From: a virus
Lineage: Duplodnaviria > Caudoviricetes
Reading direction: 5' to 3' (one strand)
Length of the DNA: 54,763 nucleotides
IMG/VR virus record: IMGVR_UViG_3300028394_000094
Coordinates: 1-54,763 of that record
Shown piece by piece: positions 16,178 through 25,320 of this stretch (position 1 is its first letter; every line of letters begins with the position of its first letter). Position numbers and translations under genes: made by a program. The notes under the pieces were generated by a model, which worked only from the letters and a program-made list of their open reading frames with translations, did not search any database and was not told where the DNA came from.

Positions 16178-18006
16178 TGGATTTAATAACTTATGATTTT
16201 GAAACATACTATGCGAAAGACTACGGTTTTAAAACGCATACGACAGAAGAGTATGTGCGTGACCAACGGTTTGAAGTTATCGGGGTTGCAGTCAAAGTAA
16301 ACGATGGGGAGACCGAGTGGGCTAGTGGTACATACGAAGAACTTAAAGTGTGGTTATCTAGATTCCGCTGGGGCAGCTCAATGGCACTAGCACACAATGC
16401 GATGTTTGACGGATTCATTCTGCACCATCATTTTGATATAAGACCGAAGATTCATCTTGATACTTTGTGCATGGCAAGAGCGTTGCATGGGGTTGAGGTT
16501 GGCGGTAGTCTCGGTGCGTTATCAGGTCGGTATAACATTGGCACAAAAGGAACTGAAGTAGAGAATGCTTTAGGGTTGCGTAGGGAAGATTTCCCCGAAG
16601 ACCAACTGAGTCGTTACGGTGATTACTGTATCAATGATGTGGAATTAACTTATCAGATATTTGATATTATGATGCGTAAGGGATTTCCTAAACCCGAACT
16701 AAAACTGATTGACTTAACTCTACGGATGTTTACTGAACCGAAACTAAAGTTAGACCTAGAGTTGTTAGAAAATCATTACCTAGATATTCGAGAGAAGAAA
16801 GAAAGCCTGTTGCTTGAGGCAGGTATTGAAGACAAAGCCGAGTTGATGAGTAACCCGAAGTTTGCCGAACTGCTAAAGAAACTTGGGGTTGAACCTCCGA
16901 TGAAGATTAGCCCGACTACAGGTAAAGAAACTCTAGCGTTGTCTAAGAACGATGAGGGATTTAAGGTATTAGCGGAACATCCTGACATAAGAGTGCAAAC
17001 CCTAGTCGCTGCCAGACTTGGGACTAAGAGTACGTTAGAAGAAACTAGGACAGAAAGATTTATTGGGATTGCCAAACGAGGGTTGATGCCAGTTCCTCTG
17101 AAGTATTATGCCGCCCATACAGGACGGTGGGGTGGTAGCGACCAACTGAACCTGCAGAATTTGCCGAGCCGAGGCGACAACGCAGGGAAGTTAAAAGCAT
17201 CAATCTGTGCGCCTGATGGGTATTACATTGTAGATGCGGATAGTTCACAGATTGAGGCAAGAGTTCTAGCATGGTTGGCAGGGCAGGACGATTTAGTTGA
17301 AGCATTTAGAAAGGGTGAAGATGTGTACAAAATCATGGCTTCGGCTATATATAACAAAGACGCAGAAGAAATTAGCAAAGAGGAACGCTTTGTCGGCAAG
17401 ACTACGATTCTCGGATGTGGCTACGGCATGGGCGCACCAAAATTCAAGGCACAACTCAAAACTTTCGGTGTGGAAATTTCGGAGGAACAAGCCCGTCATA
17501 TCGTCAGCGTTTACAGAACAACATACCCACAAATTACTCAGCTATGGAAACAGGCACAAGTTTCACTTGAAGCCTTACTAAAAGGTTCAACTACTGACTT
17601 AGGAAGAGATGATGTCTTAAAGCTTGATCCGGGAAGTAAGGGTATTGTATTACCCAATAAATTGTTAATGCGTTATGACGGACTCAAAGCATCCCGCAGC
17701 GAAAGTGGTATGCAATACACTTATAAGACTAGATATGGGGCGAACAAGATTTATGGCGGTAAGGTAATTGAGAATGTCTGCCAAGCAGTTGCTCGGTGCA
17801 TTATCGGTGAGCAGATGCTACGAGTAGCGAAAGAATACCCTATAGTCTTAACAGTACATGATGCGATAGCTTGTCTGGTCCCACAGGATAAAGTAGAAGA
17901 CGCTGTAAGATATATAGAGGAGTGTATGCGGTGGACACCAGAATGGTGTAGCGGACTGCCTGTTAATTGTGAGGTTGGTTATGGTAATAATTTGGGAGAG
18001 TGTTAG
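16177..18006 (+). CDS. polA: Family A DNA polymerase with 3'-5' exonuclease
   Basis: ExoI DFET, ExoII HNAMFD, ExoIII YCINDV; NLQNLP; motif A DSSQIEAR, motif B RFVGKTTILGCGYG, motif C TVHDAI. Confidence 0.95.
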   Translation: MDLITYDFETYYAKDYGFKTHTTEEYVRDQRFEVIGVAVKVNDGETEWASGTYEELKVWLSRFRWGSSMALAHNAMFDGFILHHHFDIRPKIHLDTLCMARALHGVEVGGSLGALSGRYNIGTKGTEVENALGLRREDFPEDQLSRYGDYCINDVELTYQIFDIMMRKGFPKPELKLIDLTLRMFTEPKLKLDLELLENHYLDIREKKESLLLEAGIEDKAELMSNPKFAELLKKLGVEPPMKISPTTGKETLALSKNDEGFKVLAEHPDIRVQTLVAARLGTKSTLEETRTERFIGIAKRGLMPVPLKYYAAHTGRWGGSDQLNLQNLPSRGDNAGKLKASICAPDGYYIVDADSSQIEARVLAWLAGQDDLVEAFRKGEDVYKIMASAIYNKDAEEISKEERFVGKTTILGCGYGMGAPKFKAQLKTFGVEISEEQARHIVSVYRTTYPQITQLWKQAQVSLEALLKGSTTDLGRDDVLKLDPGSKGIVLPNKLLMRYDGLKASRSESGMQYTYKTRYGANKIYGGKVIENVCQAVARCIIGEQMLRVAKEYPIVLTVHDAIACLVPQDKVEDAVRYIEECMRWTPEWCSGLPVNCEVGYGNNLGEC

Positions 18007-18674
18007 TGAGTAAGCCGATTTCATGGTCGTACTCAAGCATTAAGTTGTTTGACCAATGTCCTAAAAAGTATTACCACCTGCGTGTAGCCAAGGATGTTGT
18101 AGAACCTGAGACTGATGCAATGAACTACGGTACGCTATTCCATGAAGCGGCTGAACTATACATTAAAGACGGTACCCCCATCCCCCCACAATTTAACTTC
18201 GCAGTGGATGCTCTAAACAATTTAAAGAATTTAGAAGGGGAGAAGCATTGCGAGTTTATGATGGCATTAAACGAGAACCTAGAACCCTGCGACTTTAAAA
18301 GCCCCGATGTATGGTGGCGAGGCATAGCCGATTTGATTGTGATTAAGGGTGACGAGGCTAGGTGCTTAGATTATAAAACAGGGAAATCTGCAAAATATGC
18401 AGATAAAGGGCAGTTAGAACTGATGGCTTTGGCAATCTTTAAGTACTTTCCCTATGTCAAAAAGGTTAAAGCTGGGTTATTATTTGTAGTAGCGAGAGCG
18501 TTTATTAAGGATTCCTATTCTATAGAGAATGAGAGTAAACTATGGGGTAAATGGATAGCCGAACATAATAGGCTGAAGATTGCGTTCAAGACTGATGTTT
18601 GGAATCCTAGACCGAGTGGGCTTTGCAAGAAACATTGCTCAGTCCTAGAGTGCGCTCATAATGGGAGAAATTAA
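18006..18674 (+). CDS. Cas4/RecB-like PD-(D/E)XK exonuclease
   Basis: SYSSIK...CP; GT.FH; ADL...DYKTGK; QL..MA; C-terminal C...C....C completing a 4-Cys set; start GTG 18006 or 18000. Confidence 0.85.
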   Translation: MSKPISWSYSSIKLFDQCPKKYYHLRVAKDVVEPETDAMNYGTLFHEAAELYIKDGTPIPPQFNFAVDALNNLKNLEGEKHCEFMMALNENLEPCDFKSPDVWWRGIADLIVIKGDEARCLDYKTGKSAKYADKGQLELMALAIFKYFPYVKKVKAGLLFVVARAFIKDSYSIENESKLWGKWIAEHNRLKIAFKTDVWNPRPSGLCKKHCSVLECAHNGRN

Positions 18675-18986
18675 ATGCCGTATGTTAACAAGCCAAGACC
18701 GTATGCAAAAGAGTACCAACAACAAAAAGCTAGGGAAGAACACCCTCGCAGGATGGAACGTCAGAAGGCAAGAAGAGAATTAGACAAGAAGGGCAAGGAT
18801 TTAAACGGTAATGGTAAAGCGGATATGCGTGAAGGTAAGGATGTAGCACACCGCAAAGCCTTGGACAAAGGGGGTAGTAATAAAGATGGTGTTTATATCA
18901 CAACCCCTGCGAAAAACAGGTCGTTTAGACGAGATGCAAAAAGTAATTTAGTTTCAGAAACTAGTAAAAAAGAACGAAAAAAGTAG
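18675..18986 (+). CDS. Small HNH-like protein
   Basis: GKDVAHRKALDKGGSN...KNRS beta-beta-alpha-Me-like pattern. Confidence 0.6.
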   Translation: MPYVNKPRPYAKEYQQQKAREEHPRRMERQKARRELDKKGKDLNGNGKADMREGKDVAHRKALDKGGSNKDGVYITTPAKNRSFRRDAKSNLVSETSKKERKK

Positions 18987-19061
18987 TATAGTTATAGTTG
19001 TATTTTTAGTAGGGCAATGTGGACACCCACTTTGTCCTGATTAAGCATCACTGGAGAGAGA

Positions 19062-20600
19062 ATGCGAATTGTAGAGAACAAGGTTTTGGTTCTTAATTTA
19101 AAGAACCCGAACAAAGTAACGAGCATCATACCGAAGAGTAGAGTGCTGGGTACAGGTGAAGTTGCAGTTAACTGGGGATTAGAAGAAGCAAGGGTTTTAA
19201 ACAATCTTCAAATAAAAAACATCTCATCACCAATTGTAGGACAGTACGATTGGCCCGGGCTTCACAAACCGTTTGACCATCAAAAGGTTACGTCATCGTT
19301 TCTAACCCTACACCCTAGGGCATTTTGTTTGAACGAACAAGGCACAGGGAAGACCGGTTCGGTCATTTGGGCAGCGGATTACCTAATGAAGATTGGGAAA
19401 ATCAAACGGGTGTTAGTCATCTGCCCCCTATCTATTATGGATTCGGCTTGGCGAGCCGATTTGTTTAAGTTTGCCATGCACCGTAATGTAGATATTGCCT
19501 ATGGTTCTAGAGAGAAGAGAGAAGCAATTATCAATGGAGTAGCGGAATTTGTAATCATTAACTACGATGGGGTAGAGATTGTATCCGATGCGATATTTAA
19601 TGGTGGCTTTGACTTAATTGTTATTGACGAGGCTAACGCATACAAGAACGCACAGACTGCCCGATGGAAGACACTAAACAGGCTTTTGAAGCCCGATACT
19701 TGGTTGTGGATGCTAACAGGTACACCTGCCGCCCAAAGTCCTGTAGATGCGTATGGACTAGCTAAACTAGTAAACCCCAAGAATGTGCCGAAGTTCTTTA
19801 CATCTTTTAGAGAGATGGTAATGTATAAGATAACGCAGTTCCGGTGGATAAACCGCCCCAACGCTGACAAGATTGTGTTCGAGGCATTGCAACCTGCTAT
19901 CCGATTTACTAAGGAAGAGTGCCTAGACTTACCTGAGATGACCTATGTAATCAGGGATGTGGAACTTACTGCCCAACAGAAGAAGTATTATGAGCTTTTG
20001 CGTAAACAACTTGTGGTGCAAACATCAGGTGAACAGATTACGTCTGTTAACGCCGCAGTCGGTTTAAACAAACTCCTACAAATATCTTGTGGTGCGGTGT
20101 ACTCAGATAGCGGGCAGACTCTTACCTTTGACATTAAAAACAGATACAAGGTGCTGAAAGAGGTAGTCGAGGAGACTAAACAGAAAATATTGATATTTGT
20201 ACCGTTTAAGCACGTAATTCATATTTTACTAGAGCGACTGACTAATGATGGTTACACGGCTGAAGTTATTTCCGGTGAGGTATCAGCAAGTAAACGAACA
20301 GATATATTTGCAAGATTCCAACAGACTGCTGACCCAAAAATATTAATTATTCAACCACAAGCCGCAGCGCATGGAGTAACTTTAACTGCGGCTGATACCG
20401 TGATTTGGTGGGGTCCTGTACCGTCACTAGAAACCTATGCACAAGCAAATGCAAGGGTTCACAGGGCAGGGCAAAGACATCCTGTAACCATAATCAAGTT
20501 ACAAGGTTCTAATGCAGAAAAGCACATTTACAAAATGTTAGATAACAAAATAGACGATCACACAAAATTAGTTGATCTTTACAAGAATTTACTTGACTAA
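19062..20600 (+). CDS. SNF2-family SF2 helicase
   Basis: QGTGKT, DEAN, LTGTP, GVTLT, QANARVHRAGQ. Confidence 0.92.
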   Translation: MRIVENKVLVLNLKNPNKVTSIIPKSRVLGTGEVAVNWGLEEARVLNNLQIKNISSPIVGQYDWPGLHKPFDHQKVTSSFLTLHPRAFCLNEQGTGKTGSVIWAADYLMKIGKIKRVLVICPLSIMDSAWRADLFKFAMHRNVDIAYGSREKREAIINGVAEFVIINYDGVEIVSDAIFNGGFDLIVIDEANAYKNAQTARWKTLNRLLKPDTWLWMLTGTPAAQSPVDAYGLAKLVNPKNVPKFFTSFREMVMYKITQFRWINRPNADKIVFEALQPAIRFTKEECLDLPEMTYVIRDVELTAQQKKYYELLRKQLVVQTSGEQITSVNAAVGLNKLLQISCGAVYSDSGQTLTFDIKNRYKVLKEVVEETKQKILIFVPFKHVIHILLERLTNDGYTAEVISGEVSASKRTDIFARFQQTADPKILIIQPQAAAHGVTLTAADTVIWWGPVPSLETYAQANARVHRAGQRHPVTIIKLQGSNAEKHIYKMLDNKIDDHTKLVDLYKNLLD

Positions 20601-20621
20601 GTTAAAGTTTGATAGTATAGT
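20593..20621 (+). promoter_or_regulatory. Sigma70-type promoter for replication genes
   Basis: TTGACT-17bp-TATAGT; similar TAGTATAGTT also at ~18984 ahead of the helicase. Confidence 0.7.
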
Positions 20622-20644
20622 TGTAGTTTTAGAGGAGAGAGAAG

Positions 20645-21052
20645 ATGGAAAATGAAGGAGTATCAATAGAATCACTTACCCGTGTTTACATCAAGATGCG
20701 GACTAAGAAAGAAGAAATGAACAAGGAACTTGAAGCTAAAATATCTGAACTTGAGGAAAAGATGAGAACTGTAAAAACAGCGATTCTTGAACACATGAAG
20801 GATGTTGGTGCCGAAAGTATTAGAACAGAGTCGGGAACTGTATATCGCACAGTATTAACACGCTATACGACAAACGATTGGACTTCTATGCACAAGTTTA
20901 TCCTTGAACATGAGGTGCCTGATTTATTGGAGAAGCGGTTGCAACAAACCAATTTGAAGGCTTTTTTAGAAGAGAATCCGGACATAATACCCCCCGGACT
21001 TAACGCTAACAACGAGTATTCAGTTACAGTAAAAAGGAGTAAAAATGGTTGA
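20645..21052 (+). CDS. Conserved replication-module protein (N-terminal coiled coil)
   Basis: GGAGAGAGA RBS; SIRTESGTV...DW..MHKFI...LLEKR...PPGL. Confidence 0.75.
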   Translation: MENEGVSIESLTRVYIKMRTKKEEMNKELEAKISELEEKMRTVKTAILEHMKDVGAESIRTESGTVYRTVLTRYTTNDWTSMHKFILEHEVPDLLEKRLQQTNLKAFLEENPDIIPPGLNANNEYSVTVKRSKNG

Positions 21053-21311
21053 TGATGCTTATGTCCCCATTGAAAAAGTAGCCGAACACTTTGCGGTGTC
21101 AGTTTCTACCGTAAGGACTTGGATACGAAACGAGGACATACCTGCCTTGAAGTTAGGAGGAATCTATCGCTTTAAGTTGTCTGAAGTAGAAGCGAAACTT
21201 CGTAACACAGAGGTAAGTGTTCCCCAAGAAGTAGCAATAGCAGTAGAAAAAGCAGTAAAAGAGCCAGTACAACTGGAATTTGATTTTAGCAATCCTGACA
21301 AGGATATTTAA
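21045..21311 (+). CDS. Excisionase/MerR-like HTH DNA-binding protein
   Basis: IEKVAEHFAVSVSTVRTWIR...IPALKLGGIYRF. Confidence 0.85.
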   Translation: MVDDAYVPIEKVAEHFAVSVSTVRTWIRNEDIPALKLGGIYRFKLSEVEAKLRNTEVSVPQEVAIAVEKAVKEPVQLEFDFSNPDKDI

Positions 21312-21321
21312 GGAGAGAAGT

Positions 21322-22170
21322 ATGAGTGAGATGACTTTGTTTAAAGGTGGTTTACCTGCCTATTTAAAAGGTGAGATGGATGACGCTACCAACGCATTAG
21401 CGGGTGGTGATTTAGGTGCAAGACGTATTAGCATCAAGGGCGGTGTATTCCGTGAGTTTGTTGGTGGTAAGGAATACCGTGTATCAGAAGAGCGTTTTAT
21501 GAACGTAGTTATCGTCAAAGCCGCACCAAGTATTTCTCGGGTGTTCTATGCAGGTAGTTATGTTGAAGGCGAAGCTGTTGCCCCTGCTTGTTGGTCTGCT
21601 GATAATCAGCGTCCTGCACCGGAAGTAAAAGAGAAGCAAGCCGCCAACTGTCTAAGCTGCCCTAAAAATGTTAAAGGTTCTGGTCAAGGCGATGCTCGTG
21701 CTTGTAAGTATCAGCAACGGTTAGCATTAGTTATAGAGGGTGGGCAGGATGTGTATCAGTTAGTTCTACCTGCAACATCTGTATTCGGTGATGGCGAGAA
21801 GGGTAAGTTACCTTTGCAAGCATATGCACGGCATCTGAAAAACAATGGCACTCCGATTACAGGTGTCATTACTGAAATGCGGTTTGATACTTCAAGTCCT
21901 ACACCGAAGTTAACATTCAAGCCGATTCGTGTAGTTACTGAAGAAGAGTTTGAAGTAGTGAAACAGGCTAAAGATTCACAAGCCGCTTTATCGGCAGTTA
22001 TTTTAACCGTAGCACAGACTGATGGTGTTGGAGAGAAACCCAAAGCCCAGTTAGCCGCACCGAAAGAAGAAACTGAAATTGAGGAACCCAAGAAAGCCGT
22101 AGTTAAGAAGACAGCCGCTAAAGCTGAACCGGAATTAGCTGACTTAGTAGGCGAATGGGATGATGCTTAA
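21322..22170 (+). CDS. Putative ssDNA-binding protein
   Basis: AAGGAGAG RBS; located before primase; beta-rich core with Cys cluster and acidic aromatic tail (GEWDDA). Confidence 0.55.
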   Translation: MSEMTLFKGGLPAYLKGEMDDATNALAGGDLGARRISIKGGVFREFVGGKEYRVSEERFMNVVIVKAAPSISRVFYAGSYVEGEAVAPACWSADNQRPAPEVKEKQAANCLSCPKNVKGSGQGDARACKYQQRLALVIEGGQDVYQLVLPATSVFGDGEKGKLPLQAYARHLKNNGTPITGVITEMRFDTSSPTPKLTFKPIRVVTEEEFEVVKQAKDSQAALSAVILTVAQTDGVGEKPKAQLAAPKEETEIEEPKKAVVKKTAAKAEPELADLVGEWDDA

Positions 22171-22181
22171 TTAATAGTTAC

Positions 22182-22275
22182 GGGGGGAAAACGGGGAACA
22201 CGTTGGCTCGGCAACGCTAAATAGCCTGTACATCGAAGTTAATCAACACGTTAGTACCCCCACCTTCAAAGGTGG
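22182..22275 (+). ncRNA. Candidate structured leader RNA of the primase gene
   Basis: GGGGG/CCCCC and AACG/CGTT helices flank a GAA/AGUA loop-E motif; inner hairpin CGTTG/CAACG; downstream CCACCT/AGGTGG hairpin covers the RBS. Confidence 0.55.
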
Positions 22276-22277
22276 TT

Positions 22278-25106
22278 ATGAACACACAATTATTTTTAGA
22301 AAAAATACTTGGGGACGAAGGATATTACTGCATTCTTGGACTAGCGCAGGATAAAGTAGTTCAAAAGTTTTATACCAAGCTTCAAGATGTTATTAAAGTG
22401 GCGGAGAATTTTAAGGAGAACGGATATGATGCGTACTACGCACTAGCTACATTTGAAGATGCCAAGTCGAGGATGGCAAGGAACGTAAAACAACTTAGGT
22501 CATTATTCCTAGATTTAGATTGTGGTGCGGAGAAACCTTATGCTAACCATGCAGAAGCATTAGTTGCACTGAGGAAGTTCTGTAAAGATATTAAGTTGCC
22601 CAAACCCACGATTGTTAATTCGGGTGGGGGTATACACGCATACTGGGCATTTACAGAACCTATATCTCGGGAAGAGTGGTTACCTGTTGCTAAGAAGTTT
22701 AAGAAGCTTTGTGACGAATGTGATTTACGGATTGATAGGGCTGTACCTGCCGATGCCGCTCGTATTTTAAGGATTCCGGGGACTTTGAACTTTAAGTTAG
22801 AGACTCCAAGAGATGTTAGCATTATTGGTGAACTAGCACAGAGTCTACCGTTTAGTTTCTTTAAAGGTATTATTGGTGAAGTAGTTGAGGCAGAAAAGAC
22901 TTATATACCCCGTGGTGAGATGGACGAAGTTACAAAATCTATTCTTGGTAACTTTACGAATAAATTTAAAACAATAATAGTAAAAACAATAGCAGGTGAA
23001 GGTTGCAAACAATTAGAGTATATTATTAAGAATCAAGCCACAATGAATGAGCCTATGTGGAGAGCAGGATTATCTATTGCCAAATTTTGTGTAGATGCTG
23101 ATACTGCCATGCACAAAATCTCTGCTGAGTACCCTGACTATACACCCGAAGGTACAGAAAAGAAGTTAATGGGTATCAAAGGAGGTCCTTATACTTGTGT
23201 GAAGTTTGAAGAGTATAACCCCGGAGGTTGTACGGGTTGCCCCAACAAGGGTAATGTTAAGTCTCCGATTGTTTTAGGTAGAGAAGTACAGGAAGCATCA
23301 GAGCAAGACAACATTGTTGAAGACACGGTATATGGTATTGACCAAGGGCATACACAGACTTATGTTATCCCTAAATATCCTGAGCCGTATTTTAGACCAA
23401 AGAATGGCGGTGTTTGTAAACGGATAATCAAGCAGGGAGATGAGATAGAGGTAATGATTTATCACAACGACTTGTATGTAACCCGTAGACTAATGGACTC
23501 CGACTTAGGTGAGGCAGCGGTTGTGCGGTTGCACTTACCAAAAGACGGTGTAAGAGAATATACAGTACCACTCTCGGCAATTACTTCTAAGGATGAGTTT
23601 AGAAAGCATATGTCCACCAAGGGTGTTGCCGTAATTAAAATGGACCAAATTATGAGTTATGTAAATACATGGGTTAATGAAATGCAATTTAAAGTTAAAG
23701 CAGATGTAGCACGGAGGCAGTTTGGTTGGACAGATAGCGAAAAATTTGAATCGTTTGTAGTTGGGGATAAAGAAGTTTATGCAGACCGTATAGACCATAA
23801 CCCCCCATCTATGGCTACGGCTAAGATGATTCGGGAAACCTTTATCTCCAAGGGTACGCTAGACGGTTGGAAAGAGACGATGGAGTTTTATAACAAGCCG
23901 AATATGGAGTTGCATCAGTTTGTTATCGGACTTGGTTTCGGCTCAATCTTTTCTGCGTTTACTTCTATTCATGGTGCGATACTGCACATTCATAGTAAGG
24001 AGACAGGGTTAGGTAAGACAACAGCAATGTTTGCAGCCGCTAGTATATGGGGGGACCCCGGGACTTTGGTGTTGAAAGAAAACGATACGGCTAACTCTAA
24101 ACTAAACCGTGTAGAACTACATAAAAATATACCTACGTTTGTAGACGAGGTTACAAACTCTATTCCTGTAGGGTTAAGTAATTTTGCATATAACTTTACT
24201 TCCGGCTCGCAACCTAATAGGATGTCTTCGGGTAGTAACCAAGAGCGTATTAGAGGGGCGAACTGGAAAACGACTTGTGTAACTACAGGTAATACAAGTA
24301 TGTTAGAACGAATTGCGGCATACAAGGCAATGCCGAAAGCAGAGGCGGCTCGAATATTAGAAGTAAAAGCCCACGAAGTTATTGGCTTATCTAAGGCAGA
24401 AGGGGATGAGTTTAGCGAGAAAATTAATAACAACTATGGTCACGCATATATACCGTTTCTACAATATGTAATGAATGACGTACCCGGGATAAGGGCGTTG
24501 TATAAGCAGACTCAACTTATTATAGATAAAAAGGCAGAGTTCAAGAACCCTGATAGGTTTCACTCCGTACTTATTACCAATGCGATTATGGGGTTGATGA
24601 TTGCTAAGAAGGTTGGATTAATAAGTTACGACATAAAGCCTGTACTTGCTTGGGCGCTGGGGAAGGTTAAAGAATCACAGACTACGCAGAACGAACTTGA
24701 TATAGATGCCGAGGGTATTCTGACTTCTTACTGGGCTGAGAACTATACCAATGTACTACGGATTAAAAGTACAGATGATGCACGGAATCCCACTTCCGGT
24801 GTAGACCATTTAGTTGTGCCTGACGGTTCACCAAGGGCTACCTTTGTAATGCGGTATGAATATGATATTAAGATGTTGTATCTATTTATGGCACCTTTAA
24901 AATCGTGGTGCGTTAAGCAACAGATAAACTATTCGGGATTTATTGAAGCACTCAAGAAGGGTAGAACGAAAGCAAAGATAGACAAGAAGCGTATGGGTAA
25001 GGGCACTAATAATAACTTACCATCACATAGCGTTTTGTTTGTAGATTGTATAGACTTTATGGAAGATGATGCAGAAATCCCCAAAATCAATAGCATTGAA
25101 ATTTGA
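22278..25106 (+). CDS. Primase-helicase: AEP/RepB-like primase, Cys-cluster domain, DUF927-type P-loop helicase
   Basis: FLDLD and SGGGIHAYW, RILRIPGT.N; C...YTC......GCTGCP; Walker A GLGKTT, VDE. Confidence 0.85.
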   Translation: MNTQLFLEKILGDEGYYCILGLAQDKVVQKFYTKLQDVIKVAENFKENGYDAYYALATFEDAKSRMARNVKQLRSLFLDLDCGAEKPYANHAEALVALRKFCKDIKLPKPTIVNSGGGIHAYWAFTEPISREEWLPVAKKFKKLCDECDLRIDRAVPADAARILRIPGTLNFKLETPRDVSIIGELAQSLPFSFFKGIIGEVVEAEKTYIPRGEMDEVTKSILGNFTNKFKTIIVKTIAGEGCKQLEYIIKNQATMNEPMWRAGLSIAKFCVDADTAMHKISAEYPDYTPEGTEKKLMGIKGGPYTCVKFEEYNPGGCTGCPNKGNVKSPIVLGREVQEASEQDNIVEDTVYGIDQGHTQTYVIPKYPEPYFRPKNGGVCKRIIKQGDEIEVMIYHNDLYVTRRLMDSDLGEAAVVRLHLPKDGVREYTVPLSAITSKDEFRKHMSTKGVAVIKMDQIMSYVNTWVNEMQFKVKADVARRQFGWTDSEKFESFVVGDKEVYADRIDHNPPSMATAKMIRETFISKGTLDGWKETMEFYNKPNMELHQFVIGLGFGSIFSAFTSIHGAILHIHSKETGLGKTTAMFAAASIWGDPGTLVLKENDTANSKLNRVELHKNIPTFVDEVTNSIPVGLSNFAYNFTSGSQPNRMSSGSNQERIRGANWKTTCVTTGNTSMLERIAAYKAMPKAEAARILEVKAHEVIGLSKAEGDEFSEKINNNYGHAYIPFLQYVMNDVPGIRALYKQTQLIIDKKAEFKNPDRFHSVLITNAIMGLMIAKKVGLISYDIKPVLAWALGKVKESQTTQNELDIDAEGILTSYWAENYTNVLRIKSTDDARNPTSGVDHLVVPDGSPRATFVMRYEYDIKMLYLFMAPLKSWCVKQQINYSGFIEALKKGRTKAKIDKKRMGKGTNNNLPSHSVLFVDCIDFMEDDAEIPKINSIEI

Positions 25107-25308
25107 CCAACTTAGTCCTGATGGAGTACGGATTGAGGTTGATTGGGACAAGTTTGTTGTAGGAACGTCTACATTTATACCTGCAATCAATCTTACAAAG
25201 TTAAACAAAGAGATGCAAGAAGTAGCAAGGCTTAAGCAAATACAGCTAAAAGGGTTTGACCGGATAGAAAATGGTAAATTGGGGATGCGGTTTTGGAGAG
25301 TTCTGTGA
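25066..25308 (+). CDS. Small hypothetical protein, last gene of replication operon
   Basis: Overlaps primase end; VDW...VG.S.FIP...GMRFWR. Confidence 0.7.
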   Translation: MMQKSPKSIALKFDQLSPDGVRIEVDWDKFVVGTSTFIPAINLTKLNKEMQEVARLKQIQLKGFDRIENGKLGMRFWRVL

Positions 25309-25314
25309 TATTAT
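25306..25314 (+). promoter_or_regulatory. Extended -10 promoter
   Basis: TG-A-TATTAT; predicted +1 near 25321, exactly at the start of the first hairpin. Confidence 0.55.
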
Positions 25315-25320
25315 GATTGC

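Noticed and set aside
18006-18674. Cas4 as evidence of a CRISPR system
   Set aside because: Cas4-like nucleases are common in phage replication modules; no array or other cas genes
21045-21311. Excisionase implying an integrated prophage
   Set aside because: No integrase, att site or host genes seen; this HTH family is often just regulatory
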